Shown: piece by piece, positions 63,435 through 64,000 of the stretch | How the letters are laid out: every line of letters starts with the position of its first letter | Position numbering within the stretch: the stretch's first letter is position 1 | DNA from: Candidatus Peregrinibacteria bacterium | Lineage (GTDB): Bacteria > Patescibacteriota > Gracilibacteria > Peribacterales > Peribacteraceae | NCBI GenBank assembly: GCA_016196225.1 | Contig: JACPXZ010000031.1 | Span: 359-64,358 of the forward strand | Length of the DNA stretch: 64,000 nucleotides | Direction: 5' to 3' | Program-made: the position numbers and the translations under genes | Notes under the pieces: generated by a model | Seen by the model: the letters and a program-made list of their open reading frames with translations, nothing else | Told to the model about the DNA's origin: nothing | Databases searched by the model: none

Positions 63435-63680
63435 CTACTTCGTAGAACAACTTCCGCTGCAACAGCCGCACATCTTCTTGCTCCAAAGAGTGAGACTCAC
63501 CACAAAGGAGAGAAGAGCAAGCGATCCGCTTGTGGTACCGAATGTCGCACCACTGCTCAAAAAGTGCGCCTTGTACACACCAAATGCCGCCATCAGGGTG
63601 GCGACGAAGAGCAGCGCAACGATCACCCAATGGGCAACGGTACAACAACTGTTTCCTTCTTTGGACTTCTTCAAAAACAT
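63435..63680 (-). CDS. small two-TM membrane protein with vicinal cysteine pairs
   Basis: 81 aa from ATG 63680: MFLKKSKEGNSCCTVAHWVIVALLFVATLMAAFGVYK...SLALLSFVVSLTLWSKKMCGCCSGSCSTK. TTG 63704 is the alternative start. Confidence 0.5.
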   Translation of the reverse strand: MFLKKSKEGNSCCTVAHWVIVALLFVATLMAAFGVYKAHFLSSGATFGTTSGSLALLSFVVSLTLWSKKMCGCCSGSCSTK

Positions 63681-63764
63681 ACAGGAGGGGGGTAAATGGA
63701 GCAAACGTCGCTCATCCTATGCCGGGCATTGAGAAAAAGCAACTTGAGCGGTACCCTAAAAACC

Positions 63765-64000
63765 ATGAAAATCTCATTGCGGTGGTTATCGGACAGGATC
63801 CTTTGGAATAAAGGATGCGATCCATGGAAAAACCCTGATGCCGCCAGCCGCATTGCCGACCGTCTCACACAGTCCACCGCGGAAGTGGAACATATTGAGG
63901 AATCAGGCGCGCTCCTCAAGAACGTTTGCGTCGGTCAGATCCTCACAATCAAAAAACATCCGAATGCCGACAAACTTTCCTTATGCCAAGTAAAAACAGA
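63765..64000 (+). CDS. pheT: phenylalanine--tRNA ligase beta subunit, 5' part only (runs off the window end)
   Basis: Hand translation gives MKISLRWLSDRILWNKGCDPWKNPDAASRIADRLTQSTAEVEHIEESGALLKNVCVGQILTIKKHPNADKLSLCQVKT. This shows the PheT N-terminus and the tRNA-binding-domain motif KHPNADKL. Confidence 0.85.
   Translation, partial: MKISLRWLSDRILWNKGCDPWKNPDAASRIADRLTQSTAEVEHIEESGALLKNVCVGQILTIKKHPNADKLSLCQVKT

Noticed and set aside
1-64000. Classical mobile genetic element or genomic island borders
   Set aside because: I recognised no transposase, integrase, recombinase or phage genes. The tRNAs at 62163 and 63237 lie outside the glycan locus, and I saw no direct repeats of their 3' ends.

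Overview
This 64-kb window is densely coding, with about 70 protein genes and two tRNAs. Many genes meet at 1-11 nt start/stop overlaps (ATGA, TAATG, TAGTG), so they probably form long translationally coupled operons on both strands.

Positions ~285-60400 form one very large cell-surface glycan biosynthesis and modification locus. It contains:
- about 14 GT2/GT4 glycosyltransferases
- four large polytopic GT-C-like membrane proteins
- three polyprenol-phosphate-type GT2 enzymes
- an MsbA-like ABC exporter and a flippase-like protein
- rfbB, an rfbA-like gene and an RmlD-like reductase
- a nonulosonic-acid-type block: DegT aminotransferase, SDR, NeuB-like synthase, PseG/PseH-like fusion and cytidylyltransferase
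- an acetamidino block: two WbpG/PseA-type amidotransferases around HisH/HisF paralogues
- a HemL-like aminotransferase and a GNAT
- six or seven SAM methyltransferases
- a NodU/CmcH carbamoyltransferase with SxtJ-like and DUF5989 micro-proteins
- an MBOAT plus three SGNH hydrolases
- a polysaccharide deacetylase, a FemAB-like transferase, a PhyH dioxygenase, two xylose-isomerase-like TIM barrels and an FAD oxidoreductase

The right-hand 3.6 kb is housekeeping: sufS-sufU, tRNA-Thr(GGU), a site-2 protease, rpmB, tRNA-Ser(GGA), a small Cys-rich membrane protein and the 5' end of pheT. The left edge holds the 5' part of a four-helix-bundle (23S IVS-type) protein gene. I recognised no rRNA, CRISPR, transposase, integrase or phage genes.

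The most unusual features are:
1. Several families of short GC-rich hairpin repeats fill intergenic gaps, supply stop codons, and sit in frame inside conserved genes (sufS, sufU, several glycosyltransferases).
2. G/C homopolymer runs of 8-10 nt and a heptanucleotide tandem repeat lie in or next to glycosyltransferase genes. These are candidate phase-variation sites.
3. Two single-gene compositional outliers stand out: one GC-rich orphan cassette and one AT-rich methyltransferase-like gene.

The composition and repeat types are reminiscent of uncultured small-genome (CPR/Patescibacteria-like) bacteria, but that is inference only. All functional calls rest on motif recognition by eye, not on database searches.
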